Positions 19,724 through 31,604 are shown, counted from the first letter of the stretch. The stretch: 64,000 nucleotides of DNA from Alphaproteobacteria bacterium (GCA_046582635.1 JAYGEA010000056.1:957-64956), one strand, 5' to 3'. The notes: generated by a model not told the origin, from the letters alone. A program made the numbers and translations.

Positions 19724-21166
19724 ATGGAGCAAAACATGAGCCAGGTGGCGGATAGGGAGATTGTTGGGCTGACGGCGGATAGCCGCCAGGTGCGGCCCGG
19801 CTATCTGTTCGCCGCCCTGCCCAGCAGCGTCGCCGGCGGCGCCCTGGACGGCGCCGATTTTGTGGCGGATGCGGTACGCCGGGGCGCGGCGGCCGTCCTG
19901 GGGCCGCCCGGTTTGCAGGCCGCGCTAAAATCCTCCATCGACGTACCGGTGATCGAGGACCGGGAGCCACGCCGCCGCCTGGCCCTTCTGGCGGCGCGCT
20001 TTTTTGCCGCTCAGCCTGAAACAATCGCGGCGGTGACCGGCACCTCGGGAAAAAGCTCGGTCGTTGATTTCACCCGGCAGATCTGGATGGCCCTGGGCCG
20101 CAATGGCGCCTCTCTGGGCACCCTGGGGGTGATTTCGGCCGCCGGGGAACAGAAACTGGCCCATACCACGCCGGATCCGGTCGTGTTGCACCGGGCCTTG
20201 GCGGAGCTTGCGGAACTGGGCATTGATCATCTGGCCCTGGAGGCCTCCAGCCATGGCCTGGAGCAGCGGCGCCTTGATGGCGTCACGGTCAGGGCGGCGG
20301 CTTTTACCAATTTGTCCCGCGACCACCTGGATTATCACGCCGACGAAGAACACTACCTCGCCGCCAAGCTGCGCCTGTTCGATAGCGTCATGGCGCGGGG
20401 CGGACGGGCGGTGCTGCCGGCCGGCGGCGCGTTAGCTGGCCGTCTGGCCGCCGCCTGCCAGGAACGCGGCCACCATATTCTGACCTTTGGCGACGCTGGT
20501 GATGTGCATGTGCGGCAACGCAAAGTGCGCCCCGACGGTCAACAACTGACCATTTCCGCACGGGGCCGCGAGGGGAGCCACGAGGCCCTGATTGATCTGC
20601 CCATGATCGGCGCCTTCCAGGCGGAGAATGTATTATGCGCCATTGCCCTGGTCATGGCCTGCGGCGAAACACCGGATGCGGTATTGGGCGCGGCCGCCAA
20701 TTTAACCGGTGTGCCCGGCCGCCTGCAGGCGGTCGGCGGCGGCATCTATGTGGATTATGCCCACAAACCCGAGGCCTTGCGCGCCGCCATCACCGCCCTG
20801 CGGCCCCATGCAGGCGGCCGGTTGATCGTGGTGTTCGGCTGCGGCGGCGACCGGGACCGGGGCAAGCGCCCGCAGATGGGCCGCATTGCCGCCGAATTGG
20901 CGGACAGGGTCGTGGTCACCGATGATAATCCGCGCGGTGAAGAGCCTGGTTCGATCCGTGGGGAAGTTCTGGTGGGTTGCCCGGACGCGGTCGAGATCGG
21001 CGACCGGGCCGAAGCCATCGCCACCGCTATTCATTGGTTGGGTGCCGGTGACATCCTGTTGATCGCCGGCAAGGGGCACGAAACCGGGCAGGACATCGCC
21101 GGCATCGTGCATCCCTTTGATGACGTCGCCGTGGCGACCGAGGTTTGGCGGGGGATGTCAGCATGA
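19724..21166 (+). CDS. murE: UDP-N-acetylmuramoyl-L-alanyl-D-glutamate--2,6-diaminopimelate ligase MurE
   Basis: Mur ligase P-loop GTSGKSS and conserved MurE N-terminus. The ORF's upstream extension overlaps ftsI and is rejected. Confidence 0.9.
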   Translation: MEQNMSQVADREIVGLTADSRQVRPGYLFAALPSSVAGGALDGADFVADAVRRGAAAVLGPPGLQAALKSSIDVPVIEDREPRRRLALLAARFFAAQPETIAAVTGTSGKSSVVDFTRQIWMALGRNGASLGTLGVISAAGEQKLAHTTPDPVVLHRALAELAELGIDHLALEASSHGLEQRRLDGVTVRAAAFTNLSRDHLDYHADEEHYLAAKLRLFDSVMARGGRAVLPAGGALAGRLAAACQERGHHILTFGDAGDVHVRQRKVRPDGQQLTISARGREGSHEALIDLPMIGAFQAENVLCAIALVMACGETPDAVLGAAANLTGVPGRLQAVGGGIYVDYAHKPEALRAAITALRPHAGGRLIVVFGCGGDRDRGKRPQMGRIAAELADRVVVTDDNPRGEEPGSIRGEVLVGCPDAVEIGDRAEAIATAIHWLGAGDILLIAGKGHETGQDIAGIVHPFDDVAVATEVWRGMSA

Positions 21167-22650
21167 CCGCATCCGCGCTTTGGCAATCCACCCAGGCAAT
21201 GGCGGCAACGGGTGGCGTTGCAAATTGCGCTTGGCGGGCCACCGGCGTTTCCATCGACAGCCGCACGGTGCAGCCAGGCGATTTGTTCGTGGCCATCGAA
21301 GGTCCGAATTTCGACGGCCATCAGTTTGTCGCCGATGCCCTGGCCCGTGGCGCCGTTGCGGCAATGGTCAGCCGGCGGCCCGCTGATCTGGCTGCTGATC
21401 TGGCCGCTGATGCGCCGTTGTTGGTGGTGAACGACACCCTGGCCGGGCTGGAGGCCTTGGGCCTGGCCGCCAGAGCACGCGGCAAGGCCAGAATAGTCGC
21501 GGTGACGGGCAGTGTCGGCAAGACCGGCACCAAGGAGGCACTTTACCTGGCCCTGTCACGCGGCGCGCCGACCCATGCCTCCAAAGGCAATTTGAACAAC
21601 CATTGGGGCGCCCCGCTCTCTCTGTCCCGCATGCCGGCTGCCTCTCAATACGGCATCTTCGAGCTGGGCATGAACCACCCGGGCGAAATCGCGCCGTTGA
21701 GCAAGATGGTGCAGCCCCATGTGGCCATCATCACCAATGTGGAGCCGGTGCATCTGGAATTCTTTTCCTCCCTGAGCCAGATCGCCGATGCCAAGGCCGA
21801 GATCTTCGCCGGTCTGCGGCCCGGTGGCGTCGCCATCCTGAACCGGGACAACGCCCATTTTGACCACTTAGCCGCCGCCGCGAAAGCCGCCGGCGTCGGC
21901 CGGGTGATCTCGTTCGGCGCCCATGACGCCGCCGACGCACGTTTGATCGGCCTGGCCCAGCATCCCACCTGCAACTGTATCTCGGCCGATATAGACGGCC
22001 AGGCCGTGACCTACAAGGTCGGCGCGCCGGGCCGTCATTGGGCCATCAACAGCCTGGCCGTCCTGGCCGCCGTCCGCGCCCTGGACGCGGACCTAGGGCT
22101 AGCCGCCCTGGCCATGGCCGAGGTTGCCCCGCCCAAGGGCCGGGGTGAACGCCATTGGATCGAAGTTGGCGATGGCAGCCTGTTGGTCATCGATGAAAGT
22201 TACAACGCCTCTCCCGTGGCCATGGCCGCCGCCATCGAAACCCTGGGCGCGGTGGAGATCAATGCCAATGGTGAATTCGGGGAAGATTTCGGGGGCCGGC
22301 GCATCGCCGTGCTGGGCGACATGCTGGAGATGGGCCCGACCGCGCCGCAATTGCACGCCGCCCTGGCCCCGGCCCTGGAAGCCGCCGCCGTCGACCAGGT
22401 TCTAGCCTGCGGCCCGCAAATGGCGCACCTGTTCAAAGCGCTGCCAAAACACATGCGCGGGGCCCATACGACGACATCGGCGGAATTGCTGCCGGCAGTC
22501 ATGGCCTTGGTAAAGGCCGGCGATACGGTTTTGGTCAAGGGCTCCCTGGGGCTGAACATGGCGCCCATCGTAACGGCCCTGCGCGGCCTGGGCCCGGAAT
22601 TCAACGTCAATGGCGCCAATGGCGCAAATAGTTCCGCGGCGAGGGGATAG
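21163..22650 (+). CDS. murF: UDP-N-acetylmuramoyl-tripeptide--D-alanyl-D-alanine ligase MurF
   Basis: Mur ligase P-loop GSVGKTGTKE. Overlaps murE by 4 nt; an alternative TTG start lies at 21145. Confidence 0.9.
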   Translation: MTASALWQSTQAMAATGGVANCAWRATGVSIDSRTVQPGDLFVAIEGPNFDGHQFVADALARGAVAAMVSRRPADLAADLAADAPLLVVNDTLAGLEALGLAARARGKARIVAVTGSVGKTGTKEALYLALSRGAPTHASKGNLNNHWGAPLSLSRMPAASQYGIFELGMNHPGEIAPLSKMVQPHVAIITNVEPVHLEFFSSLSQIADAKAEIFAGLRPGGVAILNRDNAHFDHLAAAAKAAGVGRVISFGAHDAADARLIGLAQHPTCNCISADIDGQAVTYKVGAPGRHWAINSLAVLAAVRALDADLGLAALAMAEVAPPKGRGERHWIEVGDGSLLVIDESYNASPVAMAAAIETLGAVEINANGEFGEDFGGRRIAVLGDMLEMGPTAPQLHAALAPALEAAAVDQVLACGPQMAHLFKALPKHMRGAHTTTSAELLPAVMALVKAGDTVLVKGSLGLNMAPIVTALRGLGPEFNVNGANGANSSAARG

Positions 22651-22653
22651 GCC

Positions 22654-23742
22654 ATGCTGTTCAATTTACTCTATCCCCTGGCGGAAGATTTCCGGATTTT
22701 TAATCTGTTCCGCTACCTCACATTCCGCACCGGGGCGGCCGTCATGACGGCGCTGATCATCAGCTTCATCGTCGGCCCGCCGCTGATCCGCTGGCTGCGC
22801 AGCAAGCAGGGCCGGGGCCAGCCGATCCGCGATGACGGCCCCGAACGCCACATCCTGCAGAAGCAGGGCACGCCGACCATGGGCGGTTTCATGATCCTGC
22901 TGGCCCTGTCCGTCTCGACCCTGCTGTGGGCCGATCTTTCCAACCACTTCGTCTGGGCCGTGCTGTTGGTCACCGCCGGATTTGGTCTGATCGGCTTTGC
23001 CGATGACTATCTGAAAGTGACCCAGGCCAACGTGCGCGGCCTGCCCGGCAGGTTGAAACTGCTGTTGGAAGTCATCGTCGCGGTCCTTGCGGCTTTTTGG
23101 ATCATGTCCTATCAGCCCGACAACATGTCCACCCATTTGGCGGTGCCGTTCCTCAAGGATGTGCTGTTCAATCTCGGTATCTTCTTCGTTCCCTTCGCGG
23201 CCCTGGTCATTGTCGGTTCATCGAACTCGGTGAACCTGACGGACGGCCTGGACGGCCTGGCCATCGGGCCGCTGATCATTGCCGCCTCCGCCTTCATGCT
23301 GATCGCCTATCTGACCGGTAACGTGGTGTTCTCGAGCTACCTGCAACTGCACACCGTGCCCGGCGCCGGCGAACTGGCGGTTTATTGCGGCGCCCTGGTG
23401 GGCGCGGGCCTGGGTTTCCTGTGGTTCAACGCGCCGCCGGCTATGGTCTTCATGGGCGACACGGGCAGTCTGTCCCTGGGCGGCGGCCTGGGCGCGGTGG
23501 CGGTGGTGACCAAGCATGAGCTGGTGCTGGCCATCATCGGCGGCCTGTTCGTGCTGGAAACAGTTTCGGTCATTGTGCAGGTGGCCTCGTTTAAAATGAC
23601 CGGACGCCGGGTTTTTCGCATGGCCCCGCTGCATCATCACTATGAACAGAAAGGCTGGGCCGAACCCACCATCGTCATCCGTTTCTGGATCATCGCCGTG
23701 ATCCTGGCCCTGGTCGGCCTGGCCACCTTGAAGCTGCGCTGA
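22654..23742 (+). CDS. mraY: Phospho-N-acetylmuramoyl-pentapeptide-transferase MraY
   Basis: 362-aa polytopic membrane protein with MraY signatures. Confidence 0.95.
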   Translation: MLFNLLYPLAEDFRIFNLFRYLTFRTGAAVMTALIISFIVGPPLIRWLRSKQGRGQPIRDDGPERHILQKQGTPTMGGFMILLALSVSTLLWADLSNHFVWAVLLVTAGFGLIGFADDYLKVTQANVRGLPGRLKLLLEVIVAVLAAFWIMSYQPDNMSTHLAVPFLKDVLFNLGIFFVPFAALVIVGSSNSVNLTDGLDGLAIGPLIIAASAFMLIAYLTGNVVFSSYLQLHTVPGAGELAVYCGALVGAGLGFLWFNAPPAMVFMGDTGSLSLGGGLGAVAVVTKHELVLAIIGGLFVLETVSVIVQVASFKMTGRRVFRMAPLHHHYEQKGWAEPTIVIRFWIIAVILALVGLATLKLR

Positions 23743-23744
23743 TC

Positions 23745-25178
23745 ATGATTACCATTGAAACATATAGGGACAAGTTGGTGGCCGTGTTCGGTCTGGGCCG
23801 CAGCGGCCTGTCGGCGGTCCGGGCCCTGGTCGCGGGCGGGGCCGAGGTGCTGGTCTGGGATGATGATCCCAACCGCCGCTCGGACGCGGTCGGCCTCGGT
23901 GGGCGGACGGCCGAACCCTCGATCGAAAACTGGCGGGGCATTGCCGCCCTGGTGTTAAGCCCCGGCGTACCCTTGACCCATCCCCATCCCCATCCGGTGG
24001 TAGGCCTGGCGAACAAACTGGGGGCCGAGATCATCGGCGACGTGGAGCTGTTCGCCCGCGGCCGGCCCTTGGCCAATATCGCCGCCATTACCGGCACCAA
24101 CGGCAAATCCACCACCACATCACTGTTGAAACACCTATTGGCGGCCGCCGGGCGGCGGGTGGAAGCCGGCGCCAATCTGGGCCGGCCCGTGCTGGATTTC
24201 GAAATTCTCGGGCCCGGTGACGATTATCTGTTGGAGCTGTCATCGTATCAGATCGATCTGACCACGGGCCTGCGCCCGACGGTGGTGGCCTGGCTGAATA
24301 TCAGTCCCGACCATCTGGACCGCCACGGCGGCATGGACGGCTATGTGGCCGCCAAGCGCCGCCTGCTGGACATGGCCGGCGCCGATGCCGTTCTGGTCAT
24401 TGGCGGCGATGACCCGCATTCGGCGCGGATTTGCCGCGACATGGCCGCCACGGGCCGCCGGGTGGTGGAGATCGCCGTCGGCCGCGAGATTGCGGACGGC
24501 CTGTATGCCTTGGATGGCCGGCTGTTCCGCGCCGGCGTGGCGGATGCGATCGCCGATCTGTCCGGCATCGAAACCCTGCGCGGGGCCCATAACTGGCAAA
24601 ACGTCGCTGCCGCCTTTGCCATAGCCGAGGCCCTGGGACTGACGCCTGAACAAATTGTTCCCGCCCTGTCCAGCTATCCCGGCCTGCCCCACCGCATGGA
24701 ACTGGTGGCCCACCATGACAACGTCATGTTCGTCAACGATAGCAAGGCGACCAATGGCTCTGCCGCCGCCCATGCCCTGGCCGCCTATGACAATATCTAC
24801 TGGATCGCCGGCGGCATCGCCAAGCAAGGCGGCATCAGCGGCCTTGGCGAATATTTCGCCTCGATCAAGCGCGCCTATTTGATCGGCGAGGCGGCATCGT
24901 CCTTTGCCCGGGCGCTGGACGGCAAGTTGCCCTATGAACAATCCGGCGACCTGGTCACCGCCGTCCACGCCGCCCATGACGCGGCTGCGGTGCGTGGCGG
25001 CGTGGTGCTGTTGTCGCCGGCCTGCGCCAGCTTTGACCAGTTTGCCTCCTTCGAAGATCGCGGCAAGCGGTTCCGCGACATTGCCCAGGACATCGCCGGC
25101 AGAAGCATCGGGGGCAACGAGGGCAACGGAATCGGGGGTAATGGCCATCCGCGCCGCGCGGCGGGAGGTGCGTTTTGA
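23745..25178 (+). CDS. murD: UDP-N-acetylmuramoylalanine--D-glutamate ligase MurD (with about 20-aa G/N-rich C-terminal extension)
   Basis: GTNGKSTT P-loop and MurD architecture. Confidence 0.9.
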   Translation: MITIETYRDKLVAVFGLGRSGLSAVRALVAGGAEVLVWDDDPNRRSDAVGLGGRTAEPSIENWRGIAALVLSPGVPLTHPHPHPVVGLANKLGAEIIGDVELFARGRPLANIAAITGTNGKSTTTSLLKHLLAAAGRRVEAGANLGRPVLDFEILGPGDDYLLELSSYQIDLTTGLRPTVVAWLNISPDHLDRHGGMDGYVAAKRRLLDMAGADAVLVIGGDDPHSARICRDMAATGRRVVEIAVGREIADGLYALDGRLFRAGVADAIADLSGIETLRGAHNWQNVAAAFAIAEALGLTPEQIVPALSSYPGLPHRMELVAHHDNVMFVNDSKATNGSAAAHALAAYDNIYWIAGGIAKQGGISGLGEYFASIKRAYLIGEAASSFARALDGKLPYEQSGDLVTAVHAAHDAAAVRGGVVLLSPACASFDQFASFEDRGKRFRDIAQDIAGRSIGGNEGNGIGGNGHPRRAAGGAF

Positions 25179-26299
25179 TTTCCTTCGCGCGCACGGATAC
25201 CTCTCTCGTTGGCCGCTGGTGGTGGACCGTCGATCGCTGGACCCTGCTGGCCGTGGCGCTGTTGATCGCCATCGGCACCTTGCTGACCCTGGCGGCCAGC
25301 CCGGCGGTGGCGGAAAAACTGCGCCTGGACAGCCAGCATTTTGTTTTGCGTCAGGCGATTTTCCTGCCTCTCGCCATGGCCGTCATGTTCGTGGTCTCGT
25401 TGATGAGCCCGCGTGGCGTGCGCCGTATTTCCGTGGTCGGCTTGGCCGTCAGCCTGGTCCTTGTCGTCGCCACCCTGTTCCTGGGCGCCGAGATCAAGGG
25501 CGCCACCCGCTGGCTGCAGTTCGCCGGTCTGTCCATTCAACCATCGGAATTCGTCAAACCGTGTTTTGCCGTCGTTGCCGCCTGGATGCTGGCCGAGCAA
25601 GGCCGCCGGGAAGGGGTTCCGGGCGGCTTGATCTGCTGTGCATTGTTTGCCCTGGTCGCCTGGCTGCTGGTATCGCAGCCGGATCTGGGCATGACCGCCG
25701 TGGTGGCCGTGGTTTGGTTCGGACAATGTTTTATTGCCGGGCTGCCCATGCTGTGGGTCGGCGTGCTGGCGGGGCTGGGCCTGATCGGGGCGGTCGCGGC
25801 CTATGCCACCATTCCCCATGTGGCCAGCCGCATCGACCGCTTCCTGGATCCCGCCTCGGGCGACAGCTATCAGATCGACCGGGCCATGGATGCTTTTGGC
25901 CAAGGCGGCCTGTTCGGGCGGGGGCCGGGCGAGGGCATGGTCAAACGGGTGCTGCCCGATGCCCACACGGATTTCATCTTTTCCGTGGCGGGCGAGGAAT
26001 TCGGCCTTATCGCCTGCCTGATCATCGTCGCCCTGTTCGGCTTCATCACCCTGCGCGGCTTTGCCCGTCTGCTGCGGGAAGAGGATCTGTTCGTGCTGCT
26101 GGCCGCCGCCGGGCTGCTGACCCAGTTCGGCCTGCAGGCGGTGATCAACATCGGCGTCAACGTCAATCTGCTGCCCACCAAGGGCATGACCCTGCCGTTC
26201 ATTTCCTATGGCGGCTCTTCCATGCTGGCCCTGGCCCTGGCCATGGGCATGGTGCTGGCCCTGACCCGCCGGCGCCCCAATCTTGGGGGATTGCCATGA
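25175..26299 (+). CDS. ftsW: Peptidoglycan glycosyltransferase FtsW (SEDS family)
   Basis: Polytopic SEDS protein. TTG start overlapping the murD stop. Confidence 0.9.
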   Translation: MISFARTDTSLVGRWWWTVDRWTLLAVALLIAIGTLLTLAASPAVAEKLRLDSQHFVLRQAIFLPLAMAVMFVVSLMSPRGVRRISVVGLAVSLVLVVATLFLGAEIKGATRWLQFAGLSIQPSEFVKPCFAVVAAWMLAEQGRREGVPGGLICCALFALVAWLLVSQPDLGMTAVVAVVWFGQCFIAGLPMLWVGVLAGLGLIGAVAAYATIPHVASRIDRFLDPASGDSYQIDRAMDAFGQGGLFGRGPGEGMVKRVLPDAHTDFIFSVAGEEFGLIACLIIVALFGFITLRGFARLLREEDLFVLLAAAGLLTQFGLQAVINIGVNVNLLPTKGMTLPFISYGGSSMLALALAMGMVLALTRRRPNLGGLP

Positions 26300-27414
26300 G
26301 CAGAACAATCATGTTGGCGGCGGGCGGCACCGGCGGCCATGTCTTTCCGGCCCAGGCCCTGGCGGCGGAACTGGACCGGCGGGGCCGCTTGGTGGATATC
26401 GTTACCGACCGGCGCGGCGACGATTACGCCGACCGCTTTCCCGGTCAGACCATCCATCGCATCGCCGCCGCCACGCCATCGGGGCGAAGCATCATGGGCA
26501 AAATCATGGCGGCGGCCCGCATCGCACGGGGCACCCTCCAGGCCCACCGCCTGATCCGGCGCATTGAGCCGGTCGCCGTGGTCGGTTTCGGCGGCTATCC
26601 GGCCCTGCCGACCATGTTGGCGGCCATCGCATCGTCCACACCCCGCATGGTGCACGAACAAAACGCCATACTGGGCCGGGTCAACCGCATGGTCTCCACG
26701 CGGGTCGATGCCATTGCGACATCCTTCCCGGTGACCAGGAATTTGCCGCAAAACGATGCGCAGCCAAAACTTGTGACCGGCAACCCGGTTCGTGACGATA
26801 TTCAGGTCCTGGCAACGGCTTCCTATGTGGCGCCACGCCCTGAAGAGCCGTTCCAGTTGCTGGTGTTTGGCGGCAGTCAAGGCACCCGCAGTTTTTCCCA
26901 GGTCATTCCCCAGGCTTTATTGGCGCTGCCTGTTCATCAACGCGACTGCTTGCGCGTGGCCCAGCAATGCAGGGCGGAAGACTTGGATGCTGTTGGGGAA
27001 ACCTACGCCCAAGCCGGCATCGAAGCCCAAACGGCGACATTTTTTGACGACATGCCTGCGCGATTGAAGGCTGCCCATCTGGTCATCGCCCGAAGCGGCG
27101 CGGGCACGGTCAGTGAACTGGCCGTTGCCGGCCGGCCCAGCGTGCTGGTGCCCTACCCCCACGCCACCGACGATCATCAGACCTGTAACGCCGAAGTGCT
27201 AAGTTCCGTTGGCGGTGCCTGGGTATTGCCTGAAGCCGACTTGACGCCGGCAATCTTGAGCAAACATCTAAGCAAGCTGATAGCCGATCCCGCGCTGCTT
27301 GGCGATGCGGCCCGGGCGGCCCATGGCCGGGGGCAACCGAATGCCGCCCAGTTACTGGCGGACGTGGTGGAAGCCTTGGCGGCTAACGAACTGGGCGGGA
27401 GGGTTGCGGCATGA
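26296..27414 (+). CDS. murG: UDP-N-acetylglucosamine--N-acetylmuramyl-(pentapeptide) pyrophosphoryl-undecaprenol N-acetylglucosamine transferase MurG
   Basis: [18 protein letters not shown] motif. ATGA overlap with ftsW. The merged ORF-track call 24904-27414 is an artefact. Confidence 0.9.
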   Translation: MSRTIMLAAGGTGGHVFPAQALAAELDRRGRLVDIVTDRRGDDYADRFPGQTIHRIAAATPSGRSIMGKIMAAARIARGTLQAHRLIRRIEPVAVVGFGGYPALPTMLAAIASSTPRMVHEQNAILGRVNRMVSTRVDAIATSFPVTRNLPQNDAQPKLVTGNPVRDDIQVLATASYVAPRPEEPFQLLVFGGSQGTRSFSQVIPQALLALPVHQRDCLRVAQQCRAEDLDAVGETYAQAGIEAQTATFFDDMPARLKAAHLVIARSGAGTVSELAVAGRPSVLVPYPHATDDHQTCNAEVLSSVGGAWVLPEADLTPAILSKHLSKLIADPALLGDAARAAHGRGQPNAAQLLADVVEALAANELGGRVAA

Positions 27415-28859
27415 GATCCCTGCCCCTGGATATCGGCGTCATTCACTTTGTCGGCATCGGCGGTATCGGCATGAGCGGCATCGCCGAGGTCATGCATAAC
27501 CTGGGCTATGAGGTACAGGGCAGCGACCAAGCGGAGGGCGCCAATGTGATCCGCCTGCGCCAATTGGGTATCACGGCGATGATCGGCCATGTGGCGGAGA
27601 ACCTGGGCGCGGCCCGGGTGGTGGTGATCTCCTCCGCCGTGGGGCCGGACAATCCGGAGGTCGTCGCGGCGCGGGAGGCCATGATCCCCGTGGTGCGCCG
27701 GGCCGAGATGCTGGCCGAACTGATGCGGTTGAAATGGGCCATCGCCGTGGCCGGCACCCATGGCAAGACCACCACCACATCCATGGTCGCCGCCATACTG
27801 GACCAAGCCGATTATGACCCGACGGTGATCAACGGCGGCATCATCAACGCCTATGGCACCAATGCCCGTCTGGGCGCCGGCGATTGGATGGTGGTGGAGG
27901 CGGACGAGAGCGACGGCAGCTTCACCAAACTGCCCGCCACCATCGCCATCGTCACCAACATGAATCCCGAGCATCTGGATTTCTATGGCGATTTCGAGAC
28001 CGAGCGCGCCGCTTTTCAAAGTTTTATCGAAAACCTGCCTTTCTATGGCTTCGCCGTGATGTGCCTGGATCATCCGGAGGTCCAGGCCCTGGTGGGACGT
28101 ATTTCGGACCGGCGCATTCTGACCTATGGCTTCTCGCCCCAGGCCGCGGTGCGCGCCGTCAATGTTACCGCCACGGCCACGGGCATGGCGTTCGATGTGG
28201 AACTGGTGGACCGGGCGCCAAATGTTAGTGGCGACGAGACGCGGGTCATCTCCGGTTTCCATCTGCCCATGCACGGTGAACATAATGTCCTCAACGCCCT
28301 CTCGGCCATTGCCGTCGGCTGGGAAATGAAGATCACCGATGCCAACCTGGTCGCCGCACTGGCCGGATTTGCCGGCGTCAAACGCCGCTTCACCAAGACT
28401 GGAGAGGTCGGCGGGATCACGGTGATTGACGACTACGGCCACCATCCCGTCGAGATCACCGCCGTGCTGCGCGCCGCCCGCGCCGCCACCAAGGGACGTA
28501 TCATCGCCGTCGTTCAACCCCACCGCTTCACCCGGCTGCGTGATCTGTTCGAAGAGTTCTGCACCTGTTTCAACGATGCCGACACGGTGGTGGTGGCCAA
28601 CGTGCATGCCGCCGGGGAAACTGAAATCGAAGGCATTGACCGCGACGCCATGGTGGCGGGATTGCTGGCCCGCGGCCACCGCCGGGTTCTGCCCCTGCAC
28701 GGGGCGGAGGATCTGCCGGGCCTGATCGCCGGTGAAGCCGCATCCGGCGACATGGTCGTCTGCCTGGGCGCGGGAACCATTACCGCCTGGGCCAATGCCT
28801 TGCCGGAGCAATTAGCGCCCTTGCTAGCCGGCCCGAAACTGGCGGGTGGCGCGGCATGA
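27411..28859 (+). CDS. murC: UDP-N-acetylmuramate--L-alanine ligase MurC
   Basis: [17 protein letters not shown] and [10 protein letters not shown] motifs. Confidence 0.9.
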   Translation: MRSLPLDIGVIHFVGIGGIGMSGIAEVMHNLGYEVQGSDQAEGANVIRLRQLGITAMIGHVAENLGAARVVVISSAVGPDNPEVVAAREAMIPVVRRAEMLAELMRLKWAIAVAGTHGKTTTTSMVAAILDQADYDPTVINGGIINAYGTNARLGAGDWMVVEADESDGSFTKLPATIAIVTNMNPEHLDFYGDFETERAAFQSFIENLPFYGFAVMCLDHPEVQALVGRISDRRILTYGFSPQAAVRAVNVTATATGMAFDVELVDRAPNVSGDETRVISGFHLPMHGEHNVLNALSAIAVGWEMKITDANLVAALAGFAGVKRRFTKTGEVGGITVIDDYGHHPVEITAVLRAARAATKGRIIAVVQPHRFTRLRDLFEEFCTCFNDADTVVVANVHAAGETEIEGIDRDAMVAGLLARGHRRVLPLHGAEDLPGLIAGEAASGDMVVCLGAGTITAWANALPEQLAPLLAGPKLAGGAA

Positions 28860-29833
28860 TGGCGGCCTTGCAACATGACCGGGACCTGCTGGCGCGCCTG
28901 CCGAAGGTGCGGGGCCGTTATGTGGCGCACGTGGAATTGGCGGGCAGCACCTGGTTCCGGGTCGGCGGCGGGGCGGATGTTGTCTTTCGCCCCGAGGACA
29001 GCAGGGATCTGGCAACGTTTCTGGCCGCCGGCCCCAAGGATATTCCCCGCACGGTGCTGGGCCTGGGTTCGAACCTGTTGGTCCGTGACGGCGGCGTGCG
29101 CGGCGTGGTGATCCGTATGGACCGCGCCTTTAACAAGATCGAGGTGGACGGTGAATACGTGACCGCCGGCGCGGGTGTGTTGGACGTCAATCTAGCCCGG
29201 GTCTGCCGCGATGCCGGTCTGGGCGGGTTCGAGTTCATGCGCGGCATTCCCGGCACCATCGGCGGCGGCCTGGCGATGAACGGCGGCGCCTATGGCCGGT
29301 CATTCCACGACGGACTGATCTGGGCCGAAGCGGTGGATGGCGGCGGCAAGACGCATCGTGCCAGCCTGGACGAATTGGACTTAAGCTACCGCCATTGCGG
29401 CGCCCCGGGCGATTGGATTTTCACCGCCGCGCACTTCCGGGGCACCAAAGGCGGCCAGGATGATATTTCCGCCCGCATGCGCGCGGTCAGCCAGGCCCGC
29501 AAGGACAGCCAGCCCGTCAACACCCGCACGGGGGGCAGTACCTTCAAAAATCCCGGCGGGGAAAACCCCAACGGCTCCAAAGCCTGGGAATTGATTGACC
29601 AAGCCGGCTGCCGCGGTTTGGTACGTGGCGGGGCGCAGGTCTCGGAACTGCACTGTAATTTCCTGATCAACACCGGAGAGGCCACCGCCGCCGACCTGGA
29701 AGCCCTGGGCGAGGAAGTTCGCCGCCGGGTGCAGGTTCACAGCGGCATCATGCTGCAATGGGAAATCCGCATCATCGGCGAACACGGCCCCGATTATGTG
29801 CCGGAGCTGATCCCCGGGGAGGTGGCGTCATGA
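28856..29833 (+). CDS. murB: UDP-N-acetylenolpyruvoylglucosamine reductase MurB
   Basis: FAD-binding and MurB C-terminal domain motifs. Confidence 0.9.
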   Translation: MMAALQHDRDLLARLPKVRGRYVAHVELAGSTWFRVGGGADVVFRPEDSRDLATFLAAGPKDIPRTVLGLGSNLLVRDGGVRGVVIRMDRAFNKIEVDGEYVTAGAGVLDVNLARVCRDAGLGGFEFMRGIPGTIGGGLAMNGGAYGRSFHDGLIWAEAVDGGGKTHRASLDELDLSYRHCGAPGDWIFTAAHFRGTKGGQDDISARMRAVSQARKDSQPVNTRTGGSTFKNPGGENPNGSKAWELIDQAGCRGLVRGGAQVSELHCNFLINTGEATAADLEALGEEVRRRVQVHSGIMLQWEIRIIGEHGPDYVPELIPGEVAS

Positions 29834-30741
29834 GCGCCCATGTCGCGGTCCTGATGGGCGGCCGCTCGGCCGAGCGCCAGGTCTCGTTAACCTCCGGCCG
29901 GGATTGCGCCGCGGCCTTGCGGGTGGCCGGCTACCAGGTCAGTGAAATTGATGCCGGTGATGATTTGGTCGACCGGTTGGTGGAGCTGAAACCCGACGTG
30001 GTGTTCAACGCCCTGCATGGCCGCTGGGGCGAGGACGGCTGTGTCCAGGGCCTGTTGGAATGGCTGCGGCTGCCCTATACCCATTCCGGCGTGCGCGCCT
30101 CGGCCATGGCCATGGACAAGCCCTCCTCCCTGGAAGTCTTCCGCTCCCATGGCATTCCCTGCCCCGAAGGCAGCCTGACCACCGTGGCGGCGGTCAACGC
30201 GCAGGACCCCCTGGAACGCCCCTATGTGGTGAAACCGCCCAATGAAGGGTCCACTTTCGGCGTGCGGATCGTGCGGCCGGGCGACAACAACCCACCCATT
30301 GGCCCCAATTGGCAGTTTGGCGAGCAGGTTCTGGCCGAACGTTATATCCCCGGCCGGGAGCTGACCGTCGCGGTCTTGGACGGCAAGGCCCTGGGCGTCA
30401 CGGACATTCGCACCGACGACGGTTTCTATGATTACGACGCCAAATATACGGCGGGCGGCTCCCGCCATATCGTGCCGGCACCGGTGCACGAGGAGATTTA
30501 TGCCCAGGCCCTGGAGCTGTCCGAACGGGCGCACAAGGCATTGGGTTGCCGCGGCGTCAGTCGCACCGATTTCCGCTATGACGACACCAAGGGCGAGCCG
30601 GGCCGGCTGTACATGCTGGAGATCAATACCCAGCCGGGCATGACGCCAACCTCTTTGGTGCCGGAACTGGCCGCCCATTGCGGCATCGATTTTCCCTCTC
30701 TGGTGCAATGGATGGTGGAGGACGCCGGATGCGCGCGCTGA
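29830..30741 (+). CDS. ddl: D-alanine--D-alanine ligase Ddl
   Basis: VLMGGRSAE N-terminus, ATP-grasp motifs EINTQPGMT. ATGA overlap with murB. Confidence 0.9.
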   Translation: MSAHVAVLMGGRSAERQVSLTSGRDCAAALRVAGYQVSEIDAGDDLVDRLVELKPDVVFNALHGRWGEDGCVQGLLEWLRLPYTHSGVRASAMAMDKPSSLEVFRSHGIPCPEGSLTTVAAVNAQDPLERPYVVKPPNEGSTFGVRIVRPGDNNPPIGPNWQFGEQVLAERYIPGRELTVAVLDGKALGVTDIRTDDGFYDYDAKYTAGGSRHIVPAPVHEEIYAQALELSERAHKALGCRGVSRTDFRYDDTKGEPGRLYMLEINTQPGMTPTSLVPELAAHCGIDFPSLVQWMVEDAGCAR

Positions 30742-31604
30742 TGGACCGCTTGACGCTGAACCAGGTAAGGACCGGCAGGAACCGCCGCCGCCCCGGGCGG
30801 ACATCAACGCGCCGCCGGCTGCTCGTCGCCTGGGCAATGATTGGCGCCGTCGCCATTTCGTCCGCCGTCGGCGCCTGGCAACTGCGCCAAAGCGGCCTGA
30901 TCGAACGGACCTACGTTACCCTGGCCGATGGGCTGTCGGACTGGAGCCGGAACCGCATCGTGGCGGCCGGCTTGGTGGTCCGGCATGTCTTTGTCACAGG
31001 GCGGGGCGAGACCACCAAGGGCCAGGTACTGGCCGCCATGAAGGTGGAGAGTGGCCAGTCGATCCTGAATTTCGATCCCGACGAGGCGCGCCTGCGCCTG
31101 CTGGAGCTTGGCTGGGTCAAGACCGCCCGCGTGGAACGCCGCCTGCCCGACACCATCGTCGTTCGCCTGGAAGAACGCAAAGCCCTGGCCCTGTGGCAGC
31201 ACAAGGGCCGCCATGCCCTGATCGACCGGAGCGGCAGGACCATTACCCGCCATAATCTGGGCCGCTTCGCCCATTTGCCCGTGGTTGTCGGCCAACAGGC
31301 CCCGCTTGCCGCCGCCGCCCTAATCGACATGCTGTCGCGCAAGCCGGCCCTGTTCGCGCAAGTGCGGGCGGCGGTGCGGATCGGTGGGCGGCGCTGGGAT
31401 GTGCGCCTGAAAAACGGCATCAAGGTGTATCTGCCCGAATTGAACGCCTTCGCGGCCTGGGTCCGGTTGGCGGAGCTGGCGGCCGAAAACCGCATTTTTG
31501 AACGGGATGTCGCGGCCATTGATCTGCGCCTGCCGGACCGGTTTGTGTTGCGCCTGACGCCCGCGGCAGCGGCGAAGAAAAACAAGAACGGGAAGGATAC
31601 GTGA
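30729..31604 (+). CDS. ftsQ: Cell division protein FtsQ
   Basis: Single TM segment plus POTRA/FtsQ domain in the canonical position. Start uncertain (ATG at 30729 or 30741). Confidence 0.75.
   Translation: MRALMDRLTLNQVRTGRNRRRPGRTSTRRRLLVAWAMIGAVAISSAVGAWQLRQSGLIERTYVTLADGLSDWSRNRIVAAGLVVRHVFVTGRGETTKGQVLAAMKVESGQSILNFDPDEARLRLLELGWVKTARVERRLPDTIVVRLEERKALALWQHKGRHALIDRSGRTITRHNLGRFAHLPVVVGQQAPLAAAALIDMLSRKPALFAQVRAAVRIGGRRWDVRLKNGIKVYLPELNAFAAWVRLAELAAENRIFERDVAAIDLRLPDRFVLRLTPAAAAKKNKNGKDT

Noticed and set aside
24904-27414. 836-aa + strand ORF apparently fusing the murD tail, ftsW and murG
   Set aside because: Only the last 372 codons (from the ATG at 26296) are MurG-like. The upstream part is an out-of-frame read-through of murD and ftsW with a non-protein-like sequence.
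27177-28811. 544-aa minus-strand ORF antisense to murC. Similar antisense ORFs lie at 24932-26308, 30911-32857, 33138-34796, 38739-40142, 44226-45788, 49907-51667 and 59948-61084.
   Set aside because: All are antisense to strongly supported housekeeping genes, show biased Arg/Gly/Ala composition, and are typical high-GC artefacts.
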